Origin: Myxococcales bacterium
Lineage (GTDB): Bacteria; Myxococcota_A; UBA9042; JABWCM01; BTVJ01
Assembly: GCA_045863395.1 (NCBI GenBank)
Contig: BTVJ01000021.1
Location: 35,446-99,445, forward strand
DNA length: 64,000 nucleotides
Direction of reading: 5' to 3'
In this document: positions 52,509-62,119 of the stretch, piece after piece
Layout: every line of letters begins with the position of its first letter
Numbering within the stretch: the stretch's first letter is position 1
Translations under genes and position numbers: made by a program
The notes under the pieces: generated by a model
The model's database searches: none
Told to the model about the DNA's origin: nothing
Seen by the model: the letters and a program-made list of their open reading frames with translations, nothing else

Positions 52509-55310
52509 CTACCCCGAACAGCCCGGGATCTGCTGGTGCGTGCAACCGACCACGGGATCGCAGGCGTCCAACGTACACGGGTCGCCGTCGGCGCAGTCCA
52601 CAAGGCGCCCAACGCAGCGCCCGAGCTTGCAGCCGTCGGCCCACGTACACGCATCGCCGTCGTCGCAGCCTCCAAAGTTCGGAGCGTAGGTGCATCCGCG
52701 ACGCCCGTCGCACGCCTCCGAGGTGCACGGGTTGCCATCCGCGCAGCTCAGCGGGGCGCCCGACAGACACGCGCCGCCAGCGCAGAGGTCCCCCGCCGTG
52801 CATGCGTCGCCGTCGGAGCACGGGACTGCGTTGAAGGTGTGCAAGCAGCCGAGGCCCGGCTCGCAGACGTCGTCGGTGCAGCGGTTTCCGTCGCTGCACG
52901 AGACCTTGACCCCCTTGCACACGCCGGCCACGCACCGATCGCTCTTGGTGCACGGATCGTCGTCGTCGCAGACGCCGACGGCGAGCTTGCAAGCAGCGCT
53001 GCAACACTGGGACGACCCCGGGTCGCACTGCTCGCCCGGGTCCAGCACGCCATCTCCGCATGCCGCGCTGAACGTAGCAGTGAGGGTGGTCTCCATCTCC
53101 GGTCCCACGATGCTGTGGCTGGCGGCCCCGCCGTCGGACCACGCGACGAACTTCCACGCCACGCCACCCAGCACCTGGAGGCCCTCGACCCCCACGGAGG
53201 AGACGGACCCCACGATGACCTCGCGCTCGAATGGTGCCACCTCTGAGGTCCCGCCTACGGCGATGGAGAGCCCCGGCGGGACGGACTCGAACCCGATGGT
53301 GACCGTCCTCGGGTGGATCTCGATGCTCGCCGAGTCCGTCAGCCCCGCCGAGTCCGTGACCGTCAGAACCAGCGTCAGGAACGAGGGGAACTCGTGGTCC
53401 GGCGCAACGAAGCTCCCGCCCGACACCCCCTCGAACTCCTGCAGCGGGTGCTGGTGGCACGCGTCGGGACAGTGCTCCTGGACGAGGGCCCAGCGGAAGG
53501 CCGCGGGCGGCAGGTCTCCATCTTGTGCGTCAGTGGCAGCGCCCTCGAACGGGACCTCGTCCCCCACCGCGAACGTCACTCCCACATCGGGGGCCAGGAT
53601 GGCGGCAACGGGTGGGGTGTCATCGACGGTGATGTCCACGCTCGCGACACCGCTGTCGCCGGCCACGTCGGTCACCTGGAGCGACACCGGGTAGACGCCG
53701 GCCGTGCCATAGACCCACAGCGGGGCCACCTGCGTCGAGTCACCGAAGACGCCGTCGCCGTCCAGGTCCCAGCTGAATGAGAGCACATCCGCCGGGTTTG
53801 CGTCCGTGGAGCCCGATCCGTCGAAGGACACCGCGAGCGGCGCGACTCCAGACGTCGCGCTGGCGTCGATCTTGGCCACGGGAGGCACGTTCTCCGCGAA
53901 GTACCTGATGCGGCGGATGGCCCCCCCAAGGAAGTCCGCGTAGAAGAGGTCGCCCCCCGGCCCCACCTTCAGCTCCACGAGGGGCAGACCGGACGCGAAC
54001 GTGGCCCGCTGCGATGGGTCCGGCTCGCCGTCCGGGCCCGGGAACATGGTCCAGATACACTTCCGCGAGTAGTCGCTGAAGAACAGGGCGCCCTTGTAGG
54101 CGGCCGGCCACGTCCCGCCCTGGTAGAACGCCACGTTTCCCACCGCGGACCCGCTCCCCCCCGCGCCGCACGGGTCCCCGGGGAGCGCGGCCTGCTTGTG
54201 CGCATAGGCGAAGGTCGGAGGAGTGACAGCGCCAGGGACGTCATAGAGGGACTGACACATGGACAGCCCCGCCGCGGCGTACCCGCTCTGCTTGCCGGCG
54301 CCCTCGTAACAGGGCCAGCCGAAGTTCTCCACGACCGCGTCGCCTGCGTCATCGACGACGTTGAGCTCCTCCCACGAGCTCCAGCCCACGTCGCCAATCC
54401 AGATCTGCGAGGTCCCTGGACGGAAGGCGAAGCGGAACGGGTTTCGGAGCCCGAACGCGATGATGCGGTCATCCCCAGCAGCAGCCCCGCCCACCAGCGG
54501 GTTGTCGGGCAGCGCGCCCCCGGTGGCGGGATCGACGCGCAGGATGGCCCCGTCCAGGCTCACCGGGTCGGCGGGCGTGAGGACGTCCTGCGCTCGGAGC
54601 GCGCCCCCCTCGGCGCTCGGTGGCGTCATCGTGCCCCCGACCCCGGCCGGAGGGTCCCCGCACGGGTTCTTGGGGTTGCCCGCCTGGCCGTAGTCCACGA
54701 AGTTGAAGCTCGCCCCGTCCCCAGCGCTCAGGTAGAGGGCTCCGTCCGGCCCGAAGGCGACCGTCCCGATGGAGTGGCTCGGGTACTGCTGGCACCAGTC
54801 GGTGATCAGGACCGTCTCCTGGCCGTCCCAGGAGTCCCCGTCCGCCGTCAGCCGCGACAGCCGCCCCTGGACGACGCACCCATCGGCGGTCGCGCCGGGC
54901 GGCGTCGGGCACCCATCGGTGGTCTCGCCCGCCTTGCCCCAGGTCGGCGCCACGCCCCCCGGCGGAGCGTCATAGGTGTAGAGCACGAAGACGTGCGGAA
55001 CGGCCGGAAACGACGGGTGCAGGGCGAGGCCGAGCAGGCCGCGGTCCCAGAAGTTGTGGACCTGGGTGCGCAGGTCTGCAAAGACTGTGGCGCTCCCATC
55101 GCCGAGCCCGTCGAACACCTTGATGATGCCGCTCTTCTCGGCGACGAAGACCCGCCCGTCGGCGGCAAAGGCGAAAGTCGTGGGGTGAACCAGGCCGCCC
55201 AGCGCCTCCGTGTCCTGGAAGCCTTCGGGCAGGGCGTTGGCCTGCTGGGGGAGCGTCAGGAGGGCGAAGAGGGCAACGGCGCAGCGCGCCAGGGAGGCGG
55301 TGGTGCTCAT
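52509..55310 (-). CDS. PQQ-dependent sugar dehydrogenase (GSDH propeller) with PKD domain and Cys-rich repeats
   Basis: Signal peptide; DRGLLGLALHP, FGPDGALYLSAGDG, GLRNPFR, NFGWP; PKD SWDLDGDG; CDDGDxCT repeats. Confidence 0.88.
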   Translation of the reverse strand: MSTTASLARCAVALFALLTLPQQANALPEGFQDTEALGGLVHPTTFAFAADGRVFVAEKSGIIKVFDGLGDGSATVFADLRTQVHNFWDRGLLGLALHPSFPAVPHVFVLYTYDAPPGGVAPTWGKAGETTDGCPTPPGATADGCVVQGRLSRLTADGDSWDGQETVLITDWCQQYPSHSIGTVAFGPDGALYLSAGDGASFNFVDYGQAGNPKNPCGDPPAGVGGTMTPPSAEGGALRAQDVLTPADPVSLDGAILRVDPATGGALPDNPLVGGAAAGDDRIIAFGLRNPFRFAFRPGTSQIWIGDVGWSSWEELNVVDDAGDAVVENFGWPCYEGAGKQSGYAAAGLSMCQSLYDVPGAVTPPTFAYAHKQAALPGDPCGAGGSGSAVGNVAFYQGGTWPAAYKGALFFSDYSRKCIWTMFPGPDGEPDPSQRATFASGLPLVELKVGPGGDLFYADFLGGAIRRIRYFAENVPPVAKIDASATSGVAPLAVSFDGSGSTDANPADVLSFSWDLDGDGVFGDSTQVAPLWVYGTAGVYPVSLQVTDVAGDSGVASVDITVDDTPPVAAILAPDVGVTFAVGDEVPFEGAATDAQDGDLPPAAFRWALVQEHCPDACHQHPLQEFEGVSGGSFVAPDHEFPSFLTLVLTVTDSAGLTDSASIEIHPRTVTIGFESVPPGLSIAVGGTSEVAPFEREVIVGSVSSVGVEGLQVLGGVAWKFVAWSDGGAASHSIVGPEMETTLTATFSAACGDGVLDPGEQCDPGSSQCCSAACKLAVGVCDDDDPCTKSDRCVAGVCKGVKVSCSDGNRCTDDVCEPGLGCLHTFNAVPCSDGDACTAGDLCAGGACLSGAPLSCADGNPCTSEACDGRRGCTYAPNFGGCDDGDACTWADGCKLGRCVGRLVDCADGDPCTLDACDPVVGCTHQQIPGCSG

Positions 55311-55394
55311 GGGTCTCCTCGGGTGCGGGACGATGGGAACACGCTAGCCCGCTGGCGCGCGGTGACAAGCGGACCGGCGGTGGGGTGGCCGTCG

Positions 55395-56156
55395 TCAGCC
55401 CCGCGTGCGCACCCCCTCGGGCACCGCGCCAGCGTGGCCCTGGCCCACGCGCATCCGCAAGCACGCCTCCGGCTGGTCGGTGATGACGCCGCTCACGTTC
55501 GCGAGCGCCCACGCCATGATCTCCGGCTCGTTGACGGTCCACGCGAGGACCGGCAGCCCCAGCCGGCGCATTCGGGCGACGAAGCCGAAGCGGACCAGCC
55601 GGTGGTGGGGGGAGACGAAGTCGGCGCCGCAGCGGCGGGTGCGCACCTCGGGGAAGAGCTCCGTCATGCGCGTCAGGGGGCCGAGCCGAGGGCTCCCCAC
55701 GCCGAGGAGCAGGCCGACCGTGCGCCCCGGGGCGAGGTCCTTCAGGCGGCGCACCACCTCATCCTTGAAGCATTTGAAGATCACGGGATCCAGGCCGGCG
55801 ACCGTGCGGACCAGGCGCTCCTCGAAGCCCTCCGCCTTGATCTCCAGGTCCAGGCCGACGCGCCCCCCCGCGATGTCCACCAGCTCGGAGAGCAGCGCTG
55901 GCGCCGGGATCCCGGCGGCGCGAGAGGCGGCGACCAGCGCATCGAGGCGCGACGCTGCGACCGGCAGCCCCGCGTGGTCCGGGTCATGGAGGCACACGAT
56001 GTGGCCGTCGGCCGTCTCCCGCAGGTCCACCTCGATGAAGTCCACGCCCAGGCGCACGGCGCGCTCGAAGTGCGCCACCGTCTGCTCGCCGGGGAGGTCC
56101 GCGTAGTGCCCGCCGCGGTGGGCGATGACGAGCGGCCGCGAGGGGAACGGCATCAT
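55395..56156 (-). CDS. Glycerophosphodiester phosphodiesterase (GDPD)
   Basis: IAHRG, IEVDL, LHD, LEIK, WTVN, VITD; ATGA overlap with the upstream gene. Confidence 0.88.
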   Translation of the reverse strand: MMPFPSRPLVIAHRGGHYADLPGEQTVAHFERAVRLGVDFIEVDLRETADGHIVCLHDPDHAGLPVAASRLDALVAASRAAGIPAPALLSELVDIAGGRVGLDLEIKAEGFEERLVRTVAGLDPVIFKCFKDEVVRRLKDLAPGRTVGLLLGVGSPRLGPLTRMTELFPEVRTRRCGADFVSPHHRLVRFGFVARMRRLGLPVLAWTVNEPEIMAWALANVSGVITDQPEACLRMRVGQGHAGAVPEGVRTRG

Positions 56157-58105
56157 GGCAGGGCCTCCCGGTCGAAGCGCTCGATGCGAATCCGGTCCGT
56201 GGACACCCCAGCAGCGCCGAGCCACGCCTCCACGGCGCGCATGTACCCCTCGGAGCCGCACAGGGTGTAGACGGCCGTCGGGAGGCGCCGCACCCACGCG
56301 TGGACCTCCGAGGCCTGCAGGCGCCCCTCCCGGCTCGTCACCCGCCGGCGCAGCGTCAGGTTGGGCGGTGTGGCCGACGCCAGCTCCGCGAGGATCGCCG
56401 CGTCCCGCTCGGAGCGGATCGACCAGTCGATGACCAGCCGGTTGGGCCACCCCTCGCGCAGCAGCGTCCGCGCGAAGGCCAGGGCGGGCGTCACGCCGAT
56501 GCCGCTCACGAAGCACACCAGCGGCGCCGGACCCGGCTCCCAGGTGCAGGTCCCCACCGGCGTCGACGCCTCCACACGGACGCCCGGGCGAGCCTCGTCG
56601 AACAGCCACGAAGAGAACGCGCCACCGGGCTCGCGCTTGACGGTGATCTCCCAGGGCCCCCCCGCAGCGCCCGAGAGGGTGTAGGGGCGGTCCAGGTTGC
56701 GGCCTGGCACCCGCACCACCACGTGCTGCCCCGGCCGCGCAGGCGGCACCTCGCCGTCGGGAGCGAGGTCCACCCGCCGCACGTCGGGGGTCAGCTCCAC
56801 GATGCGCCCGAGGGCCACCGGCAGGAACGCGGTCTGCCCGAGGAGCTCCACCACCGCAGGGACGCACGAGCCGCACGACATACCGCAGCCCGTCCTCTCC
56901 TGAATGGACTGGAGATCCGCGTGGCCGCTCCGGATCGCCGCCTGCACCGTGGAGCGCGTGACCCGCAGGCACGCGCACAGCGTGGCGTCGGCCTCCCGGG
57001 CCAGCTCCCCCGTGGCCGCAAGCGCGGCCTCCTCCGCGGCCGTGAGCGCCTCCCCCCCGATGGCGCGGCCGAAGAGCGCCGCCAGGACCGGCTGGGCAGC
57101 GCGGGCCTCCACGGCCCAGACCCGGCCGTCCGCCTCGACGCCGACGCGCACCTGGCCGTCCGGCGAGGAGATCCACCGCGCCGCCTCCCCACCCGACGCC
57201 TGGAGCCGCACCAGCTCCTCGCCGATGACGTGGGTGGACACCACGCTGCGCCCCCCGCGCAGGTGGAACATCTGCGTCACGCAGGGGCGGCCGTCCAGGT
57301 CCCCCGCGTATTGGGTCACGTAGCCCCTCTGGGGCAGCTCCCACACCCGCTGGAGGGTGGCCAGGTGGTGGCGCAGCTCCGAGGAGCTGGCCGCGCGGTG
57401 GGCGAGCTCCTCGGGCGGAACCTCAAGCAGCCTGGCGGTTCCGTCGACGACGGCCGTGGCAGCCCGCACCCGCTCGTCGCGCTCCCCCGCGCAGAGGCCC
57501 GGGCCCACGCGGGCTACGCGGACGGGGCCGTCCCGCTCGACGAACAGCTCCACGTGCCCTGAGAGCACCACGTAGACCGGCCCCGCGGGGTCGCCCTCCC
57601 GGTAGAGCACCTGCCCGTTACGCCAGGTGCGCTCGCGCATGCCGACTGCGGTGCCTGCGACCAGCTCGCGTACCAGGCTCGTGCGGCGCGCCAGGCGCTC
57701 CTCCCGCTGCCGCTCCCCCAGGCTCCGCAGGCCGTCCTCCAGCTCCGGGTTGCTGCGCAGGGAGGCGGCCAGGTGCTCGCGCCCGAGGCGCGCCACCGTG
57801 GAGACGGGCGCCACCCCGCGGACGCTGGCGCTGCGCCGGCCGCCCTCGTCGAGCAGCGCCTGCTCGCCGAAGTGCTGGCCTGGGTAGAGGTGCGACAGGA
57901 CGACGCCCTGCCCGCCCGCGTGGGTGAACACCTGCAGCGAGCCCGAGAGCAGCACGTAGAAGGCGTCTGCTGGGTCTCCCTCCCGCACGAGCAGCTCGCC
58001 GTCGCGGACCTCCAAGGTCGCGGCCTGGCTCGCGAGCTCGATGAAGGCCGTGTCGCTGAGCGCCGAGAAGAGCCCGGAGCGGAGCAGCGCGAAGGTGGGG
58101 TCCAT
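56153..58105 (-). CDS. Fusion: two cyclic-nucleotide-binding domains, BFD-like [2Fe-2S], FAD/NAD(P)-binding ferredoxin reductase
   Basis: EGD..FYVLLSG..FGEQALL..RSA; second EGD..YVVLSG..GE..RAA; CAC..GCGMSCGSC; RPYTLS, GGAFS, GIGVTP, CGS, terminal ERF. Confidence 0.88.
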   Translation of the reverse strand: MDPTFALLRSGLFSALSDTAFIELASQAATLEVRDGELLVREGDPADAFYVLLSGSLQVFTHAGGQGVVLSHLYPGQHFGEQALLDEGGRRSASVRGVAPVSTVARLGREHLAASLRSNPELEDGLRSLGERQREERLARRTSLVRELVAGTAVGMRERTWRNGQVLYREGDPAGPVYVVLSGHVELFVERDGPVRVARVGPGLCAGERDERVRAATAVVDGTARLLEVPPEELAHRAASSSELRHHLATLQRVWELPQRGYVTQYAGDLDGRPCVTQMFHLRGGRSVVSTHVIGEELVRLQASGGEAARWISSPDGQVRVGVEADGRVWAVEARAAQPVLAALFGRAIGGEALTAAEEAALAATGELAREADATLCACLRVTRSTVQAAIRSGHADLQSIQERTGCGMSCGSCVPAVVELLGQTAFLPVALGRIVELTPDVRRVDLAPDGEVPPARPGQHVVVRVPGRNLDRPYTLSGAAGGPWEITVKREPGGAFSSWLFDEARPGVRVEASTPVGTCTWEPGPAPLVCFVSGIGVTPALAFARTLLREGWPNRLVIDWSIRSERDAAILAELASATPPNLTLRRRVTSREGRLQASEVHAWVRRLPTAVYTLCGSEGYMRAVEAWLGAAGVSTDRIRIERFDREALP

Positions 58106-58107
58106 GG

Positions 58108-59445
58108 TCAGGCCCTCGCTGGCAGGCGCGAGAGACTGGCGAGCACGCCGTCCCGTGAGCGCAGCACGAAGTTCCCCTCCAGGGTGAGGTCCCGGGACAC
58201 GGGGATGGCGCGGAACCGCCGGAGGAACGCCACCAGCAGCGCCTTCACCTCCAGGAGCGCGATCCGCGACCCGATGCAGCGCCGCTGCCCGACGCCGAAG
58301 GGGACGAAGGCGTACCGGTGGCGGCGCTCCACGGCCTCGGGCAGGAAGTGGTCGGGGTCGAACACGTCTGGCCGCTCCCAGAAGGCCGGGTGCCTGTGGG
58401 CGCGCCAGATGCTGGCGAAGGCCATCGTCCCCTGCGGCACACGGTGGCCGAGCAGCGCCGTGTCCCGCCGGGCGATGCGCAACAGGAACCACACCGGCGG
58501 ATAGAAGCGCATGGATTCGTTGATGATTCTATCCAACAGAGGGAGCGCGTCGAGGTCCGCGAGCGGCACGTCGCGCCCCGCCGCCTCGACCTCGGCCCGG
58601 AGGGCGGCCTCCCACGCCGGGTGGTGCCCGAGCAGCCACACCGTGTAGGCGAAGGTGTTGGGCGGGTTGTCGGCGGACGCGATCAGCATGAGGCGCAGGT
58701 GGCCGCGCAGCGCCTCGCGGTCGACCTGGTGATCCTGCCGGATGCGCTCGAGGAAGGACGGCGGCTCTCCGGGCGGTGCGGGGGTGGCGAGCCCCCGGTC
58801 GATGATCCCGTCCAGGAACGCGAGGTCCTGCTCCACCTGCCGTGTGCGGGGCTGGCCGCCCGCGACCGCCCGGAAGGCCCACCGCTGGAGGCGCTGGACC
58901 ACCTCGGGGAACCGGTGGGCCTCGTCCGGGCGGAGCGACAGCCCGAAGCTGCGCGGGGCGAGCAGCGCGAACAGGCGCGTCGACTCCAGCGCCAGATCCA
59001 CGGCCCCGCCGTCTGCGAGGCGCCCCCAGCCATCGAGCTCGACCTCGGCGTCCCGGGCAAAGGAGGCGGCGGCCCGCGCGGCCATCTTCTGGTGGAACGA
59101 GGGCTGGGCAAGCTGCCGGTTGGCGGCCCACTCATCGCCGATGGTGGTCAGGACGTTCTTCCCGAGCAGCGCCGCGAGACCCGTGGACTTCTCCCAGTCG
59201 TCGGGCGAGTCCAGCAGCGCGGCGACGCCGTCGGGGTGGCCGGTCAGGCATGTCCGCCGGTAGAGCAGGTCCAGGCGGACGAGATCGCCCTGCTCGGCGG
59301 CCCGCAGCGTCTCGAAGGTGCGCTCGCGGAACCCGACGAGGCTCCCGAGCAGCGGCTGCCCCGAGACGGCCGGGATCGACGCGTCGAAGGACCCTCGCTG
59401 GCGGAGGGAGGACCGGAGGGCGTGGATGTGTTCGCGCAGGTCCAA
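58108..59445 (-). CDS. Cytochrome P450
   Basis: ESMR (ExxR), FDPDHF, FGVGQRRCIG heme thiolate; TTG start inferred after GAGAGG, so the start is uncertain. Confidence 0.92.
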   Translation of the reverse strand: MDLREHIHALRSSLRQRGSFDASIPAVSGQPLLGSLVGFRERTFETLRAAEQGDLVRLDLLYRRTCLTGHPDGVAALLDSPDDWEKSTGLAALLGKNVLTTIGDEWAANRQLAQPSFHQKMAARAAASFARDAEVELDGWGRLADGGAVDLALESTRLFALLAPRSFGLSLRPDEAHRFPEVVQRLQRWAFRAVAGGQPRTRQVEQDLAFLDGIIDRGLATPAPPGEPPSFLERIRQDHQVDREALRGHLRLMLIASADNPPNTFAYTVWLLGHHPAWEAALRAEVEAAGRDVPLADLDALPLLDRIINESMRFYPPVWFLLRIARRDTALLGHRVPQGTMAFASIWRAHRHPAFWERPDVFDPDHFLPEAVERRHRYAFVPFGVGQRRCIGSRIALLEVKALLVAFLRRFRAIPVSRDLTLEGNFVLRSRDGVLASLSRLPARA

Positions 59446-59630
59446 GGCGCCTCTCGCCGGGTTGGAGGGTGACGGGTGCGAACTTGATAGCCGCAGCACA
59501 CCGGGTGCGTCAAGCAGGCGGGGGTCCCGGGAGCCTTCGCCCCGTAACGCGCTGGCCCTGGGCTCCCCATCACGGTATGACTTGCCGTGAGTGTGGGGCA
59601 AGCACATGGGACGTGAGCGAGGACACCGCC

Positions 59631-61535
59631 ATGAGACTGAGCCATTGGACCGCAGCGCTCACGGCGCTGGCCCTCGCCGCGTGCGGGGCGCAGGACGGCG
59701 CGGGCCCCGCCGCGGTGCCCGACGCAGCGATCAGAGACGGGAGCCCCGCGGGAGCGGACTCGGTAGCGACCGATGGCGGCGCCGACACCGCGGTCGAGCA
59801 GGCGGACGCTGATACCGCGGCCGAGCACGGGGATGCGGACGCCGGAGGCCCCTCGGACATCACGGACGCTGGCGACGATACCAGTGACGAGGACACGGGA
59901 CCCGACGCGTTCGAGCCACACCCCGACTGCGTCCACCTCTACGGGGGCACGTGGCTCCTCCCGGGGCCGTGCGAGCCCGGGTACGACGCGGACCTGGCGG
60001 CGAAGGCGCGCCGGCATGACCGTGTCTGGCGAGCGTTCAATGCCGCAGCCATGGGAGTGAACACGGACGTCGCGGTGGCGGGGCCCGAGGATCGGGCGAC
60101 CGTGGAGGCCTTCGCCACGTCAGGCGGTTGGGACTTCGAGGCATTCGCGGGCGCGGGAGCACTCTCGCTGATCACGAGGCAGGACAAGGTCGCGGGGCTG
60201 TATGCGGGCGTGGGGATCGCGGCCGATGCCTTCCGCTACGCCGTGCTCAGGGATCAGGGGCAGGACGCCGAGGAGATCGCGCTGGCGCGGGCGCACTTGC
60301 TGGCGGGCCTGGAGGGGCTGCACCGGGCGGTGGCCATCACGGGCGTCACCGGGGTGATCGCGCGGGGCTATGCGCGCAAGGACCTGCCGGGGAGCGAGGG
60401 CATCCAGACCGTCCCGCTCTTCGACGAGGACGGCCAGCCCCTGCCGCCAGAGAAGAACAACGGGACGTGGCGCGAGCCCGGCGCCCCGGGCCTTGCCGAC
60501 TACGTCTGGGAGGACTCCATCAGCCGCGACCAGATGCTCGGGTGGGTGACGGCCTTCGCCGCGGCCTGGGAGGCGATCCGTGACGACGCCACCATCCCTG
60601 CGGAGGTCAGGGACCGCCTGCGCGACGACGCCCTGCACATCGGACGCGAGCTGATGGTGGTCAGGGAGAGCGGCTACGACCTGGAGATCCCAGACGCAGA
60701 CGGCCGCACCACCCTGCATGGCTACCTGCACGAGACCAACGTGGAGGGAGTGTACCTGGGCCAGCCCCTCAATGGCTTCCACGCCTTGATGGCGCTCGGC
60801 TTCGCGTCGGCGTGGGTCTACGTCACCGACGACCCGGAGCTGAAGGCATGGCTGCTCGACGACCTCGTGGGCAAGCGCAAGCTCCACGAGCTCGTCAGGA
60901 GCTACGTGGTCCTCGCCTGGGCTGGCAACAAGACCAACTACTCGAACACGAACATGGCCTTCGGGTCCATGTGGCTGGCGCAGCGCTACCTGGACCACGC
61001 GGGGGCGCAGACCACACTCCGAGAGGCCCTGGCGACGAGCATGTACGCCATCCCGGGCGAGCCCGACCAGCCGGAGACCCTCGGCCAGAGCTACTTCGAC
61101 TTCATCTACGCGGCGGGCATGGCGGGGCAGCGCGCGGGCGGCACCTTGAGCGGCGACGTGGACGCAGCCGCCATGGGCCGAGGGCTCGACACGCTCCGGG
61201 CCTTCCCGCAGGCGCCCTACTGGAACGAGGGCGTGGTCAACTGTCCGGCGGCCGTCTGCTCCTGCGAGGAGCCCGCCGTCGCGTCGAGTGCCTGCACCGG
61301 GCTCGACGGCACCCAATTGACCGTGCTCGGCTGCGTGGGGAGGAGCTGCGACCTGATCTGCGACGAGCCCGTCCCCATGGGGATCCGCCCGCCGAGCAAC
61401 TACCACTGGCGGTCCAACCCGTTCCGGCCCAACGGCGAGGGGGACGGGACCACGCTGCTCCCCGGGGTCGACTTCCGCATCGCCTACTGGTCGGCGCGCG
61501 CGGTCAGGCGCTCGGACGCTCAGCCAGCGCCTTGA
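59631..61535 (+). CDS. Hypothetical lipoprotein, helical (possible alpha/alpha toroid) domain
   Basis: GAGGA RBS; lipobox LALAAC; acidic linker; GVIARG, SRDQ, PGVDF..AYW motifs; function unknown. Confidence 0.75.
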   Translation: MRLSHWTAALTALALAACGAQDGAGPAAVPDAAIRDGSPAGADSVATDGGADTAVEQADADTAAEHGDADAGGPSDITDAGDDTSDEDTGPDAFEPHPDCVHLYGGTWLLPGPCEPGYDADLAAKARRHDRVWRAFNAAAMGVNTDVAVAGPEDRATVEAFATSGGWDFEAFAGAGALSLITRQDKVAGLYAGVGIAADAFRYAVLRDQGQDAEEIALARAHLLAGLEGLHRAVAITGVTGVIARGYARKDLPGSEGIQTVPLFDEDGQPLPPEKNNGTWREPGAPGLADYVWEDSISRDQMLGWVTAFAAAWEAIRDDATIPAEVRDRLRDDALHIGRELMVVRESGYDLEIPDADGRTTLHGYLHETNVEGVYLGQPLNGFHALMALGFASAWVYVTDDPELKAWLLDDLVGKRKLHELVRSYVVLAWAGNKTNYSNTNMAFGSMWLAQRYLDHAGAQTTLREALATSMYAIPGEPDQPETLGQSYFDFIYAAGMAGQRAGGTLSGDVDAAAMGRGLDTLRAFPQAPYWNEGVVNCPAAVCSCEEPAVASSACTGLDGTQLTVLGCVGRSCDLICDEPVPMGIRPPSNYHWRSNPFRPNGEGDGTTLLPGVDFRIAYWSARAVRRSDAQPAP

Positions 61536-62040
61536 GGCGAGACAGCCCGCTCTCGTAGTCCTTTCCGATCATCCCCTCGAAGAAGAGCCCGAACCAGCGC
61601 GCGACGGGGTTCATGCCCAGATCCGTGTCGAAGCTCCACGTCAGCTTGGTGCCAGCGCCGTCCGGGGTGAGCGTGAAGCTGGCGATGGCCACACCCTGGT
61701 CACCGAAGTCCAGCGAGGTCTTGACGTGCGAGCTCGGGACGCTCTCCAGGATGGTCTGGACCCCCGTGCCGACGTCGCTGTTGCCCGACCAGCTCATCTT
61801 GGCATTCACGCCCTGGTCGGGCCCCTCGAAGGTGTACCTGGTGTTGGGGTCGAGGCCTGCCCACGGCGACCACTCGTTGAAACGGCGGAGGCTGTTGACC
61901 AGGGGGAAGACCGCCTCGGGCGGGGCCGCGATGGTGACGGACCGCTCGACGTGGACGGTCCGCGGGAGCACGAAGGCCACCGCGACCAGGAGGACGATCA
62001 GGGCCAAGAGCCCGAGGAGGATCCTCTTCAGGATGCGCAT
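61504..62040 (-). CDS. SRPBCC (polyketide cyclase/START-like) family protein
   Basis: N-terminal TM; VERSVTIAAPPEAVF, WSPW, GKDYESGL..LK. Confidence 0.88.
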   Translation of the reverse strand: MRILKRILLGLLALIVLLVAVAFVLPRTVHVERSVTIAAPPEAVFPLVNSLRRFNEWSPWAGLDPNTRYTFEGPDQGVNAKMSWSGNSDVGTGVQTILESVPSSHVKTSLDFGDQGVAIASFTLTPDGAGTKLTWSFDTDLGMNPVARWFGLFFEGMIGKDYESGLSRLKALAERPSA

Positions 62041-62119
62041 GGGAGACTCCGCTGCGGGGGTTGATGGTCCGACCGTAGAGCAAAGGTCCGTCCAGCGCAA
62101 GCCTCCCTGCTCGCAGGTC

